A stretch of DNA of 64,000 bases from a virus, in the IMG/VR virus record IMGVR_UViG_3300009431_000003. The stretch is one strand, 5' to 3'. Below are positions 1 to 10,703 of the stretch, piece after piece. The notes under the pieces were generated by a model. That model worked only from the letters and a program-made list of their open reading frames with translations, did no database searches and was not told the DNA's origin. The position numbers and the translations under genes are program-made. Numbering within the stretch: position 1 is the first letter of the stretch; each line of letters starts with the position of its first letter.

Positions 1-3000
1 CCCATAATCTTATTTGTCCTATCACCGACCAATCGGCGCCGTAAATCATGGGTCAATGTATAGAGCCATAAATCTCTATCTATAACAGAGACCCCAAGTT
101 TATATAAAACTCTCTCTATCTCTGATAAAGCCAAAGTATCAGATCCATACAGCCCTTGCATAAGCTCGGAAACCTTTTGATAGAGCACAGAATGCTCTAC
201 GTCTCCGGCATAGGTCACATTAAGAGATACATATGAGGGAAGGAAGTGTCGAGCAAGCTGATTTGCATTGGTAATTCTTTCAGAGTCAGACGAGATAACG
301 CTCTGTACTTGTTGGGTATCTACCGACCGAGTATATCCTATTGCCAAATTTCCACCAAATAAGGGAACTTGAAAAATAGGATAATCTTGAGAAGCTTTTG
401 GAAGTACTCTAGCCGGCAGCCTCAACTTAGGCTCTTCATCTACAGAAAAAGTGTAATTAGGATCGTCCACATCTATACGATACCCGTCCGATTGATATGT
501 ACCAAGAATAGGCTCAATCCGAGTATTTGCAACAAGATTGGATGCTCCCCCTCCTTGCAGAGAGATAACATCCACATCCATATAATATAGCCCACCCTCG
601 CGCTGTAATTCCATCATTCCAGCCGTTTTGCGTTGAATGCCCTCTCTTATTAATTTAAAGGGTTGCTGCTCTCCTTGCCAAACTCTGGTGCCTATCTCTC
701 TATTTTTACTGCGGATATGGAGGGTTGCTTCGTCCGGATCAAGAGTCTTGTCCCATCCCGTAATATCATACAAAGCAGGGTCTCCATTATATATACGAAC
801 AGGCCTAACTGCCTGATATTCCCCTTTTCCAGTTGCCCCGCCTGTGTTATAGTGCATAGCCGCGCAGCCCATACCACACTTTAATCTAACTGTTGGAGCA
901 ATTTCTTCTCCAGGAGGCATGGGTCCGGTATACTCATTTCCTGTAATAATATCTACATAAGCAAATTGCGCTGAAGTATCAGGAAAACTCTCTGCCCTAT
1001 CCAGTCTAGCATATACTCCAGGTATTGCCACATCAGTTGCTCGGAAAGCCGGAGCATCATACACTGCCATAATCTGATACGTCCCGTCACAGTCAGCAAT
1101 AGAACTCCCATATAAAGTTACCCATCTGCCGGCATCTTCTTCCGTCAACGGGAATAATAACTCGTCCTCGCTTTCAGCGTCATAAGCAATAGGATAAGCA
1201 AATAAATAATTTCCTTCAGGGTTCTTGTTCTCTCCATACTCCCAAAGCTCTCCTTCTTCTGCATATAAAAAATATGTAGCAAATGCTTTTAAAACTTTTT
1301 GTGTTGTTATGGCTAAAGACTTATCAAGCTCTACAGAAAAAGGATCGACCCATCTAATAATTTTGTACAATCCTTCGTCTTCTCCATCTCCCACAGCAAC
1401 TATATCCCCTACATTTCCTTCAGTCAGGTCAACCATTGGAGGTCTTATATTTATATCACCTACCAATTCAGATAAAACACTGGCCTCTATTCCTGTATGT
1501 ACAGGCTGGGCCTTAACCGAAGGAAACTGAATTACGTTAGATAGTGTAGATGTCTTTACCCCAACAGGAGATATATTATTCATTTCCGGCATCTTCGCAG
1601 AAACTTCCATACGATATGTAGTTGTCCACTTTTCATTTCCGTCATCTATAGTAAGCTTATGCCAACGCGCCCCAATATAAGACAACCAAGAATATAATCT
1701 ACCATACGGTGACCACTCCTCATTGATCTCCAACTTATCATGGTCCGTATCTAATTCTAGTAAAACAGGGACAGGTATATCTACACTACAGAAATTAACT
1801 TTCCCTTCCCAAGGCTCAACAATCTGTAATTCTCTGGGAAGCTCTGTATAATTTGGCTCCCCTGAAGCCGCCTGACCCGGAACCAGAGTATATCTATGTA
1901 ATGGATCTGTCGTAAATAATAACTCTCCGTCTTCGTGCTCAGCTACAAAAGTAGTAGGGTTACTGCACCAGGACGAAGCAGTAAAACTAACCGGATCATT
2001 GAAGAAGAGTCGGACAGCCCCCTTCGCTGGAGTAGCCACCTCATAAGGGGTAAATACATTCCCAGCTATTTTCTTTACCAACTCCCAAGAGTCATTAAAT
2101 ATAGCAGCACCGGTAGCTGTTAAATATCCTCCGCTCCCTTCAGGAGAACCGTCGCCATCCTCACCATAATCATACCCTAAATCAAACAAGGGATCACTAA
2201 GCATCGTACCGGAAGTAAATGCTCCTGCGATAATATCCGTGCCAGCCACAGAAAACATAGAAAATAAATTATATATTAGAATTACAAACCCAGGCATCTT
2301 TCCATTATTAGCATTCAATGCTACAGAAAGAGCATTAAGGATTAATCCTATTCCGGCAGGCGCCACTCCTGCCAACAAATCTTTTCCCTCTACATACGCA
2401 TCAGATATCTTCTGAGCATACTCAAATAAAAGATCAGTCATATCTTCGCCCAAAAGCTTCTCAAACATCGGTCTAAGCTGCTCCAGAAACTCGCCTTCAG
2501 CAATACTCTCCAACAAGGTAGGAATACCGTACCCAGGGGGATCGCCAGGAAAGACACACTCAAGCTCTGCGAGACCGGCCTGGAGTCGTACATCTCTACG
2601 AGCCTCTCTGTCCGGTCCCCAGTAATCCTCTAAGAAGATATAACGTCCTGTTTCTGTATTCTGCCAAGGGATATACTCCCCGTATGCTTCCACCCAACCC
2701 GGCCATTCTCCATCAAGATGTTCCTTCCACCAAGAAGGGGGCGACCCAACAGGATATTTAAGGTTGGCAAAAGCACTCCAATCATCCTCAGAGGGATACC
2801 AAATTGGTTTAGTAACTGGAGGCTCAAACCTCGGAGGCCAATCAGCAGCATTATGAATGCCTAACATCTTTTTAATAGTTGTTCCAACAAGGCTTGTTTT
2901 TGGGCTGACAAACGGTATTCCTAAAAAATTGATAAACTCATCAAGTCCAGGGATTGCTTCCTCTCCTGTCAAATACTTTTCCAGGAATTCGTCTGGTATT

Positions 3001-6000
3001 GTAAAAGAACCATCTTTTGCTGTCGGATCCGGGCCGGAATCAAACCACTCCGGCGGATACTGCCCTAAAACAGGCCACAGTGCTGGATCATCATACAATT
3101 CTTGTGGTGTTGGAAACCTACAAGAAATTATCACATCCGTCTCCGGCCACCAATAAGGAGGAGCTACTCCATTAAGAAAAGGACCTACACCAACAACCCA
3201 TTCTATATAATCTGAATTGGCTGCGGTTATACGACCAAAGTCATTCCACCAATAAGGGGGAGTTGTTGGAATACCAAATCCTTTTACCCAATGTAAGACA
3301 TCTGCCGCAGTAAAAGGATTTGGGAAAGCTGGATTGCCTTCCGTATTTTGGTATATCCAATTCGCCGCGTGAAAAGCGATGATAGAACCCCAGTAATGTG
3401 GAGCATATTCCGGATATTGGTCTGTAGTTCCCGAAGATCCATCAGGATAATCTTTAGGAGTATACCAAACAGGTGGCCATGTTTGTCCCGTAACATAAGG
3501 CCACCACTTAGGCATAGCTCCTTGAGGGGTGGACCAGTTCTCAAATACACCCCCAAAATTCAATTCAATTGGGTAAGTATCCTTAATTAAATAAGAGCCT
3601 TTTGCTTTTCCGTCCCCAATCTTTAGAATGTCTCCCTTTTTTGCATCAAAAATTGGGGAGGGAGTAAGCTCCGGTTTTCGGTAAGCATAATCATACCGTC
3701 CTGGAGGATATAATTCCGGAGTAACTACCTCTTCGGCCTCAGTATCCACACTAAGAGTTAAAGAGCCCCTATTCTGTCTTTCAGTACTTTCCAACCAACG
3801 AGCTATCTCTCCTAGACTAATGTTTGGCAAGCCAAGGAACAGATTATTTTTACCATCAAAGAAAGCTTTAGGGATACAGACCTCAACAATTTTAGCCTGA
3901 CCATGTTCCGGAGGAAAGGTATCAAGGACCATGACAGGAAATACATACCCATCACTAGTAGGATCATAACACTGAAGTAAGGCCAAAGCCTGTAGCCTTG
4001 TATGTCGTAAGGTTGTACCAAAAGGATATTTCTCACTGGCAGCGTCTGTTTCTTGTCCAGGATATTTGAAGGGATCGCCTGTAGCCGGATTATTTGGATA
4101 AGGAGGTGGGTACGTAAGATACTCAGGCTCAAATAATTGCTGTACTGTATAGTCAAATCCAGCATACCCATAATCAGCAAGAATTTCTTCGAATATAGTT
4201 TCTCCGCCCTCACGAGCAATTCGGGCAACCTCTTCAAGATCGAGATTTGTAATACCTTCAGGAGGCTCAATCATATCGAACCAACTGGCAAAATCAGGCA
4301 TCACCAATCCATATTTACCTACAGAAGCTTCTGTTGCTCCAGAAAATGCTTTCTGATTTCTACCATCTACAGGCAACCCGTAAACAGCATCTATTCCCGT
4401 TTTTTGTTGAGAAGAATTTAATATCCCTAAATCGTGAAAAGTAATTACTGGAAACTCAACTCCTTCTTCCCTACGCACAATTCTATATTCAAGGTTAAAC
4501 CTACCAGCCGACATGCCACGGCTGATACGTAGTTTCCTGTTGCTCTCTGGAGAATTATCGATAATTACTCCAAGAACAGAGTACTCGCCCGTATCCGGCC
4601 CCTCATTAATCTGGAGAATATCACCGGCAACCACCCCAAAAGAACCGGCATTCTCATTTAAAGTAACAATGTTTGATCCAGCATCGGTACTTAATCCGGC
4701 TATGTTTTCTCCGTCATAAGGCAGGACAAATCTTTCGATATTACGAAGATCTACAACCACATCCTTAAATATTTTGAATGCTGTCGGATTATCTGGGGCG
4801 AGCGCCCTGTCCACCCATAAATAAGACTCGTTGACTTCCACTGGATCATCTATATCTTCTATACCTACAACAGTAAACAGGCCAAGATTCTCTCCGGAAT
4901 TAATCCATAATTGGTACCCTACACGGACACCAAATTCATATAATCTGCGTCCGACACAATGAAGTCTGTTGGTTTCGTGTAAAGGCACTTCTGGGTGCAT
5001 AGTAGGGTCCACTGCCTCAAGAGTAACCGTGTCGCCATCCCCCAGAGCAATAAACTCAATGGTAGGGATATCTTGAACCCGTAATTCCTTCTCTTCTTCA
5101 TTTAGTCCCCGAAGGTAAATATCCGTATGCCCGCCTATATGAATCTCGTTCTCTGCGACAGTAATTGTACCATAATCAGTTGTAGGATTTTTAATGCCTC
5201 CAGGAATATCAGATAAGGTAATCCTCTGCATGTTGCGTTTCCATACATACGGAGCAGGGATCAGAAAACTTACCGGAAGAATTTTACTCCCATCTACTTC
5301 TGCTCTATGATCCAATTTTGCAACTACAATATTATCGGCAAGAAAAGATAAATCCCCTGCATTGACATATACCTTCTCAATCTCAAAAGTATCATACTCT
5401 TCAGTCCCTGGAGGAAGATCGAACATCGTTGGTGAGTAATATATTTCAAGGAAGTCTCCTTCTTGATGTACATAAGTATTGCCGTCTGCGTCTTGAAATT
5501 TCCAAGTATCAAAGCCAATAAAAATATCCCCAAAAATCAGCCCGGTACCGCTAAATAAAGCGGTCCCAGTTAAAGCTCCTTTTAGAATGTCCCTTTCCAT
5601 TTCTACGTCTCGGTACCCTATAGCAAGAATAGCTCTTAAGTCTGGGAATAGACGATATAAGGTTTTTTGAATACCTTTGCCTGTATTTAGAGATCCTTCC
5701 GCATTCCCAGACTCAGCCTTCCTAAGTAAATCGGCCTTAGTATCTGCGGGAATACCCCCTTTATATCTCTGTTTATTTGTAATACTATGTACGCCTTCTT
5801 GTCCTCGAATATTCTTCAACATCCCTGGTTCTATATCGTACTCATCGCCAGGAAACTCAGCCAGCACGGTAATATCCCAAAAATATAAACCGTCCTCAAA
5901 ATTAACTATCATGTCTTGAGCAGTAATTGAAAAAGTACCAATCGGGAAATATCTAAGTCCTGTGTTGGTGGAGCATTCTACACTTGGAGTAATATAGTCT

Positions 6001-6431
6001 GCTCTAGGATTCTCATAATATATCCTAACGGGTCCTATTGTACGCTTACCCTCTGAACGGACAATAAACATATTATCTGTCAGTTCTCCAACCTCTTCAG
6101 CAGTAAGCAGATCAGAATTTGCGAGACTTTGACGGAGCTTAATTTGTGTTTGGTCCCGCTTATAAGGATCAAGTATAAGAGTTTGGTTTTTTACTAGAAG
6201 ATCGTGCAGAACTGTACCTTCGCCAACAGTACCATCCCCCCAGGCCTGAGTGAGTCTGGTTTCTAAAAATTCTTTTGTTTTTGTAGATAAAGGATCAGGC
6301 GTCATTTTTTGTACAAGAGGCTGCACTACTTGCTTATCAAAAGCGCCGCCCTCAGCAGTAGAAACTGTCGGATCAAAAGCCGCCATAGCTTCCCGTAAAT
6401 ATTGTGCTATAATCTCAATTTCGCTAGCCAT
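1..6431 (-). CDS. Giant baseplate J-like (wedge) protein, >2143 aa, 3' end runs off the window
   Basis: ATG at 6431 with GGAG RBS. Spot-translated in one frame across the interval with no stop found (MASEIEIIAQYLREAMAAFDP...RAILAIGYRDVEMERD...ARHFLPSYVSLNVTYAGD...). Its absence from the ORF track is consistent with no in-window stop. Follows a gp25-like gene. Confidence 0.8.
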   Translation of the reverse strand, partial: MASEIEIIAQYLREAMAAFDPTVSTAEGGAFDKQVVQPLVQKMTPDPLSTKTKEFLETRLTQAWGDGTVGEGTVLHDLLVKNQTLILDPYKRDQTQIKLRQSLANSDLLTAEEVGELTDNMFIVRSEGKRTIGPVRIYYENPRADYITPSVECSTNTGLRYFPIGTFSITAQDMIVNFEDGLYFWDITVLAEFPGDEYDIEPGMLKNIRGQEGVHSITNKQRYKGGIPADTKADLLRKAESGNAEGSLNTGKGIQKTLYRLFPDLRAILAIGYRDVEMERDILKGALTGTALFSGTGLIFGDIFIGFDTWKFQDADGNTYVHQEGDFLEIYYSPTMFDLPPGTEEYDTFEIEKVYVNAGDLSFLADNIVVAKLDHRAEVDGSKILPVSFLIPAPYVWKRNMQRITLSDIPGGIKNPTTDYGTITVAENEIHIGGHTDIYLRGLNEEEKELRVQDIPTIEFIALGDGDTVTLEAVDPTMHPEVPLHETNRLHCVGRRLYEFGVRVGYQLWINSGENLGLFTVVGIEDIDDPVEVNESYLWVDRALAPDNPTAFKIFKDVVVDLRNIERFVLPYDGENIAGLSTDAGSNIVTLNENAGSFGVVAGDILQINEGPDTGEYSVLGVIIDNSPESNRKLRISRGMSAGRFNLEYRIVRREEGVEFPVITFHDLGILNSSQQKTGIDAVYGLPVDGRNQKAFSGATEASVGKYGLVMPDFASWFDMIEPPEGITNLDLEEVARIAREGGETIFEEILADYGYAGFDYTVQQLFEPEYLTYPPPYPNNPATGDPFKYPGQETDAASEKYPFGTTLRHTRLQALALLQCYDPTSDGYVFPVMVLDTFPPEHGQAKIVEVCIPKAFFDGKNNLFLGLPNISLGEIARWLESTERQNRGSLTLSVDTEAEEVVTPELYPPGRYDYAYRKPELTPSPIFDAKKGDILKIGDGKAKGSYLIKDTYPIELNFGGVFENWSTPQGAMPKWWPYVTGQTWPPVWYTPKDYPDGSSGTTDQYPEYAPHYWGSIIAFHAANWIYQNTEGNPAFPNPFTAADVLHWVKGFGIPTTPPYWWNDFGRITAANSDYIEWVVGVGPFLNGVAPPYWWPETDVIISCRFPTPQELYDDPALWPVLGQYPPEWFDSGPDPTAKDGSFTIPDEFLEKYLTGEEAIPGLDEFINFLGIPFVSPKTSLVGTTIKKMLGIHNAADWPPRFEPPVTKPIWYPSEDDWSAFANLKYPVGSPPSWWKEHLDGEWPGWVEAYGEYIPWQNTETGRYIFLEDYWGPDREARRDVRLQAGLAELECVFPGDPPGYGIPTLLESIAEGEFLEQLRPMFEKLLGEDMTDLLFEYAQKISDAYVEGKDLLAGVAPAGIGLILNALSVALNANNGKMPGFVILIYNLFSMFSVAGTDIIAGAFTSGTMLSDPLFDLGYDYGEDGDGSPEGSGGYLTATGAAIFNDSWELVKKIAGNVFTPYEVATPAKGAVRLFFNDPVSFTASSWCSNPTTFVAEHEDGELLFTTDPLHRYTLVPGQAASGEPNYTELPRELQIVEPWEGKVNFCSVDIPVPVLLELDTDHDKLEINEEWSPYGRLYSWLSYIGARWHKLTIDDGNEKWTTTYRMEVSAKMPEMNNISPVGVKTSTLSNVIQFPSVKAQPVHTGIEASVLSELVGDINIRPPMVDLTEGNVGDIVAVGDGEDEGLYKIIRWVDPFSVELDKSLAITTQKVLKAFATYFLYAEEGELWEYGENKNPEGNYLFAYPIAYDAESEDELLFPLTEEDAGRWVTLYGSSIADCDGTYQIMAVYDAPAFRATDVAIPGVYARLDRAESFPDTSAQFAYVDIITGNEYTGPMPPGEEIAPTVRLKCGMGCAAMHYNTGGATGKGEYQAVRPVRIYNGDPALYDITGWDKTLDPDEATLHIRSKNREIGTRVWQGEQQPFKLIREGIQRKTAGMMELQREGGLYYMDVDVISLQGGGASNLVANTRIEPILGTYQSDGYRIDVDDPNYTFSVDEEPKLRLPARVLPKASQDYPIFQVPLFGGNLAIGYTRSVDTQQVQSVISSDSERITNANQLARHFLPSYVSLNVTYAGDVEHSVLYQKVSELMQGLYGSDTLALSEIERVLYKLGVSVIDRDLWLYTLTHDLRRRLVGDRTNKIM

Positions 6432-6439
6432 ATTATCTC

Positions 6440-7126
6440 CTACAAGAAACCTCCACCAGTAACCAATTTTGATAGATCCGATACATCAGTAAGCATATGC
6501 TGGCCTGTAGAGTTTACCAATGACATAGACACACCAGCCATTGTTTCCTCAGGACTAAAATTAACCCCTTCAAGCCGAGCATAGACCAGCTTCTCTTCAG
6601 GATCAAGGTTTGTTATATTTGATTGCATCTGCTTAAACTGGTTTTGTGTTGTAAGAATTGCTTCCATTGCCGCATTAGCAATGGATTCTTTTTTATTTGT
6701 TACTTGTTGCCCTATCATTGCCAATAAACCTCCTCCGTTATCTGGACGAAAAATATCGGTCCCAGGCGTTTGAAGCAACAACCGTAAAAAATTCTGTGTC
6801 AGCTTTAGGAACCCAGCTACAAGTTTAGGGCTCCTCCCGACTTCCCAATCTGTCAAGGAAATAGGGAACCCTGGCTCATGTTTATATCTAAGAACTCTCA
6901 GGCTTCTAAATTTATCATGAATTACTTGTTCAGGTAATTGTACAACAAGCCTAGTATTACTTGAAAGAATAAAAGAAGGAGCATCGAAGCCATTAATAAT
7001 AATACGCTCCACTCCTGTAAAATCATTTGAAAGAAGCACCAAATAAGGCGGGGCGCCGTCATAATACTGCACATCATTCAAATCTATTTCTGAAAGCAGC
7101 CTCATTATTAGGAGATCAAAGCCCAT
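6440..7126 (-). CDS. gp25-like baseplate wedge protein with N-terminal beta (IPT/TIG-like) region
   Basis: C-terminal LKLTQNFLRLLLQTPGTDIFRPDNGGGL motif typical of gp25/GPW-like proteins; position directly upstream of the J-like gene. Confidence 0.7.
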   Translation of the reverse strand: MGFDLLIMRLLSEIDLNDVQYYDGAPPYLVLLSNDFTGVERIIINGFDAPSFILSSNTRLVVQLPEQVIHDKFRSLRVLRYKHEPGFPISLTDWEVGRSPKLVAGFLKLTQNFLRLLLQTPGTDIFRPDNGGGLLAMIGQQVTNKKESIANAAMEAILTTQNQFKQMQSNITNLDPEEKLVYARLEGVNFSPEETMAGVSMSLVNSTGQHMLTDVSDLSKLVTGGGFL

Positions 7127-7362
7127 TACAAATTCCCAATCGCTTCAGTAATTTGTTGAATAAGAAAGTCTAACTCTTCTACTGCGGTCATCTCTCCTTC
7201 TTTTTCTGCCCATACCGGCACAGATGAGCGATTCAATGTTTCCGCATAGGCTGCCATTGATCCTTCAAACGAGTGAGAAGTTTTATTCTTCCTGTCTAAA
7301 GATGAGGCTCGTTGGGCCGCTGTCCTAAATACTGCCTCAATTTGATTCGCATCAATAGTCAT
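7126..7362 (-). CDS. Hypothetical protein, 78 aa
   Basis: Translationally coupled (1-nt overlaps) on both sides. Confidence 0.7.
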   Translation of the reverse strand: MTIDANQIEAVFRTAAQRASSLDRKNKTSHSFEGSMAAYAETLNRSSVPVWAEKEGEMTAVEELDFLIQQITEAIGNL

Positions 7363-10300
7363 TATGTCTCAAACCCTCCACCAAAATCTTTACCTGATTT
7401 TATCTTACCCTCAAAACCAATCTGTACATTAAATGCAGCTTCTGCTCCAGAAGTAACCTCTGTCGCTTCTTTAATCATCTCGGTATTTTTCACCATTGTC
7501 GCTGTTGCAGAAATTAGTGCTTGTATTGCTCCAAAAGTTCTAGCGGTAATCTCATTCATCTCAAAAAAACTTTCTATATCCCCAATTTGCAATGCCTGAG
7601 CTGCCCTATCGTACCCGAGATCAGTGAGTTTCTCAATAAATTCAGTAATCGAGGAAACCCCTTCTTGTGTATTTATAACAAAACTCCCCAGCAACGCCTC
7701 TATATCTCCCGATAAATTAAAAGCAGCAAGTGTCCCCTCGAAGTCAAATAAATCTTCTGTCCCAAGTAATTCTCCTATATCTGCAAAAAAGTCCGAATCA
7801 CTTCCAGCAAGCAGCTCCGCCATATCTATCAACCCTTCCAGCACCTCCACAAACTTACTTGGATCAAAAATATCCGTACCAAATTCGAAAATATCTGTAG
7901 GAATTTCCATAAAAGGTTCTTGGTCTATTTTCCCAAGCTCTATCGGATCTGTATAAATAGCAGGGTCTGTATCCATAGTACTTGGGGGTACCTTTTGGTA
8001 CGCCTGCCCAGAAATATCCTTTCCCACTGCATTGGTTCTGGGTATTCCCGGGCGTGCTTTAATAAACATAGAAGGGGTATATCTATAAGCCTTCATCCCT
8101 TTTAGTGGAGCAAACTCAGAGTCATCACTTCCAAAAACAAAGCCCCCAGAAAAAGGAAGAGGGTAAGGAGGTAGATCATCGGCAGATAAAGCTGGCCCAG
8201 ACAACTCGTTATATACATTATCTCCTGGAGGCTCAATATCTGGGATATCATAAGGGGTCTCTGGCTCTTTGAAAGATTCAATCTCGAAAGTAACTGGTGG
8301 GTTAAGTAAGCTAACAACCATGTTAAGCTTAATTCCTAAAGCTTGTGGATCTGCAACAATCTTCTTTTTAGTCCCACCGTGGGTTCTACCAGCTAAAACA
8401 AAACGGTTTGCAGCATACCTATACGTCTTTGCTTCAATTCCTAAAGAATCAAGGAGAGCAGCATCGCCACTAATATCAATAATTGCTGTTTCGTCTGTAG
8501 CAAGAGGCTTCAACTGAAGCTTCTCAATAACTAACTTACCACTAACCTGACCCATATCCAAAAAAGGAAAGGAGCTACATTCCCCATAAAAGTTGCCTGT
8601 TATTGTCTTAGCACCATAATCAATATCATAGATATAAACTTTTCCAAGAGAGGTCTCAAGAGCTACCCCTAAAGGTACCGTATTCACCCAGTTATCTATT
8701 GCCTCTTCGTCTGCCAAAGAAAATGTAAGTGCCGGAATTTCCGGAGGGTCTACGTCCTCAGATTCATAGAGCCAGATTAATTCTCCAGTTTTTTCCGTTC
8801 GGGCAATTGTCCCTTCAACCATTTCAGTTATATCAGTTTCTCCATCCAGCGCCTTTGTTGTCAAAATAACATCTAAAATAGTTTGGGCATCAATGTACGG
8901 ATAATATGACAAATCCCCGTACCTACTAAATTGCCCCAAAACAGAACTTGACGTACTTCTAGTTTCAAAGGCAGACGGTCCTACTGTTGGATTACCTGGG
9001 TGTGGTTTTGTTCCTGGAAGAGGTATAAAATCCGGCTTGTACCATACAGCCGTAGCCGTAGGCATTTCAACTACATTAATTGATCCTATTTCATGAGAAT
9101 AATAAGCTTTATATTCATTAGGCCTTATCCTAGAAATAGTACCGGGAATTGCAGGATCATATTGCTGTGTCCTCTTTATATGCTTAAAAACAAAAGGGCT
9201 TATCGGAGCAGAAGCAGACCAGCTCCCAGTATCACAGACCATTTTGGATATTGAAATATCCATAAGCATACTTCCATCAGAGATCTTACTTGCAATTTCC
9301 CATGATTGTATATCAAAAACACAATGCTCTAAAACCTCAATAAAACCAGAGTTTACATCCCCAAATAAGTATAACGAACCCGCATCTGGAGACACTGCAA
9401 TGACACCGGAAACCCCTGACATACTATTAATATAGTCAACAAAATTAGCTAGGGGCATCCTCGCAATAAAATCTTCACAGGTAGGGTCTGTAGGGTCTCC
9501 TTGTACTAAATAAGGTATCCACTCATCAAAAGGAGCTGAAATTGCCACAGCCTCTGTGTCAAGATTATCGTGTGGCGACTCATAAGGAGGCACAGTTGTC
9601 TGTGGTGTCCGTACAAACAATTTATTACTCCCAATAAGAGTAGTACTCTGCCATGTTAAGACCACCTCATCTATACCGGAAAGAGTAAATAGTTTTAGCC
9701 GCGGGCGGTTTCTGGTATCAACCACCGCCCCGGAAGCACCACCTGAAGGTATCTCTGCAAACTTTACAATAAAGGTTGTTGGAGGATCACCCACCCGAAT
9801 AATCATTTCTCCTGTACCAGTTGCATCTAATCTATAAGGCGCCGGCGCTGCCTCTACTAAAGGACGTACAAAAGGCTTAACTGGGTACAATTCAAGGGTG
9901 TTTCCAGCAGGGATTTTTTGCGCGGGAGGAATGTTACCTCCACCAATTACCGCCTTCTTACTAGCTTTTGTCTTTTGTGCAGTGGAAGAAATCAAAGCTC
10001 TAAAAGCTTCAGTGTATGTAAGTACCTCATCCGCGTTCGCCATTATATTACTAGAGTCATTACTTACCCATTGAGCTATCTGTTCTGTAGTTTTGCTTAT
10101 GTTCTGTACCAAAACTCTGGTAGCTTTATTCGCAATATATTCTCTCTTACTGTTAAAAGTGTCTATTAGTCCGCCCAACAGCTCAAGCTCTCTAAAAAGG
10201 CGGCGCCACTCATAAGCTATCTGCCCAAGAATAGGATTTATTTCTTCCTTTGCCTTTTCTTTTGTTGGAAGAAGAAAAAGAGACTCGTTATTGGACCGTA

Positions 10301-10703
10301 TATTTCCTTTACTCATCCCCATAGCTTTACGTAACGAATCTCCCACAGCACCAATAGCGTTCCAGATAGGTCCTATTGCTTGCTTTCCGGAACTGAAATT
10401 GTCAAACTTCTTTACAGAATCAACTACAGCATGCAGATTATTCAACTTTTCGGGAAGATCAGATACTGGAGCGTCTTTTACTTGTGTAAGGCTTAGAGCG
10501 GCCATAAATATAGGTTTCAGGTTCTCTATTCTGGAAGTTGCTTTTTGGGCGGCAACATACGCTAAGTCATAGACTAGATTGGGATTTAAATGCAGGAGTA
10601 GTAAGAACTCGTCTTGGTGAGACTTAAAAAACCGCTTGGTCTCTCTTTCGCCCCCAGACAGTACATCGTTTATAGCCCTTTTGATAGAGGCTTTTTTGAT
10701 CAT
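7362..10703 (-). CDS. Large putative virion/baseplate protein, 1113 aa
   Basis: Long ORF inside the tail module; helical termini and an acidic Pro-rich beta-like core. Confidence 0.7.
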   Translation of the reverse strand: MIKKASIKRAINDVLSGGERETKRFFKSHQDEFLLLLHLNPNLVYDLAYVAAQKATSRIENLKPIFMAALSLTQVKDAPVSDLPEKLNNLHAVVDSVKKFDNFSSGKQAIGPIWNAIGAVGDSLRKAMGMSKGNIRSNNESLFLLPTKEKAKEEINPILGQIAYEWRRLFRELELLGGLIDTFNSKREYIANKATRVLVQNISKTTEQIAQWVSNDSSNIMANADEVLTYTEAFRALISSTAQKTKASKKAVIGGGNIPPAQKIPAGNTLELYPVKPFVRPLVEAAPAPYRLDATGTGEMIIRVGDPPTTFIVKFAEIPSGGASGAVVDTRNRPRLKLFTLSGIDEVVLTWQSTTLIGSNKLFVRTPQTTVPPYESPHDNLDTEAVAISAPFDEWIPYLVQGDPTDPTCEDFIARMPLANFVDYINSMSGVSGVIAVSPDAGSLYLFGDVNSGFIEVLEHCVFDIQSWEIASKISDGSMLMDISISKMVCDTGSWSASAPISPFVFKHIKRTQQYDPAIPGTISRIRPNEYKAYYSHEIGSINVVEMPTATAVWYKPDFIPLPGTKPHPGNPTVGPSAFETRSTSSSVLGQFSRYGDLSYYPYIDAQTILDVILTTKALDGETDITEMVEGTIARTEKTGELIWLYESEDVDPPEIPALTFSLADEEAIDNWVNTVPLGVALETSLGKVYIYDIDYGAKTITGNFYGECSSFPFLDMGQVSGKLVIEKLQLKPLATDETAIIDISGDAALLDSLGIEAKTYRYAANRFVLAGRTHGGTKKKIVADPQALGIKLNMVVSLLNPPVTFEIESFKEPETPYDIPDIEPPGDNVYNELSGPALSADDLPPYPLPFSGGFVFGSDDSEFAPLKGMKAYRYTPSMFIKARPGIPRTNAVGKDISGQAYQKVPPSTMDTDPAIYTDPIELGKIDQEPFMEIPTDIFEFGTDIFDPSKFVEVLEGLIDMAELLAGSDSDFFADIGELLGTEDLFDFEGTLAAFNLSGDIEALLGSFVINTQEGVSSITEFIEKLTDLGYDRAAQALQIGDIESFFEMNEITARTFGAIQALISATATMVKNTEMIKEATEVTSGAEAAFNVQIGFEGKIKSGKDFGGGFET

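Noticed and set aside
369-6584. Many short ORFs listed in the track between 369 and 6584
   Set aside because: They are shadow or alternative-frame ORFs over the giant J-like gene, without RBSs or protein-like composition. The same applies to most antisense ORFs elsewhere.
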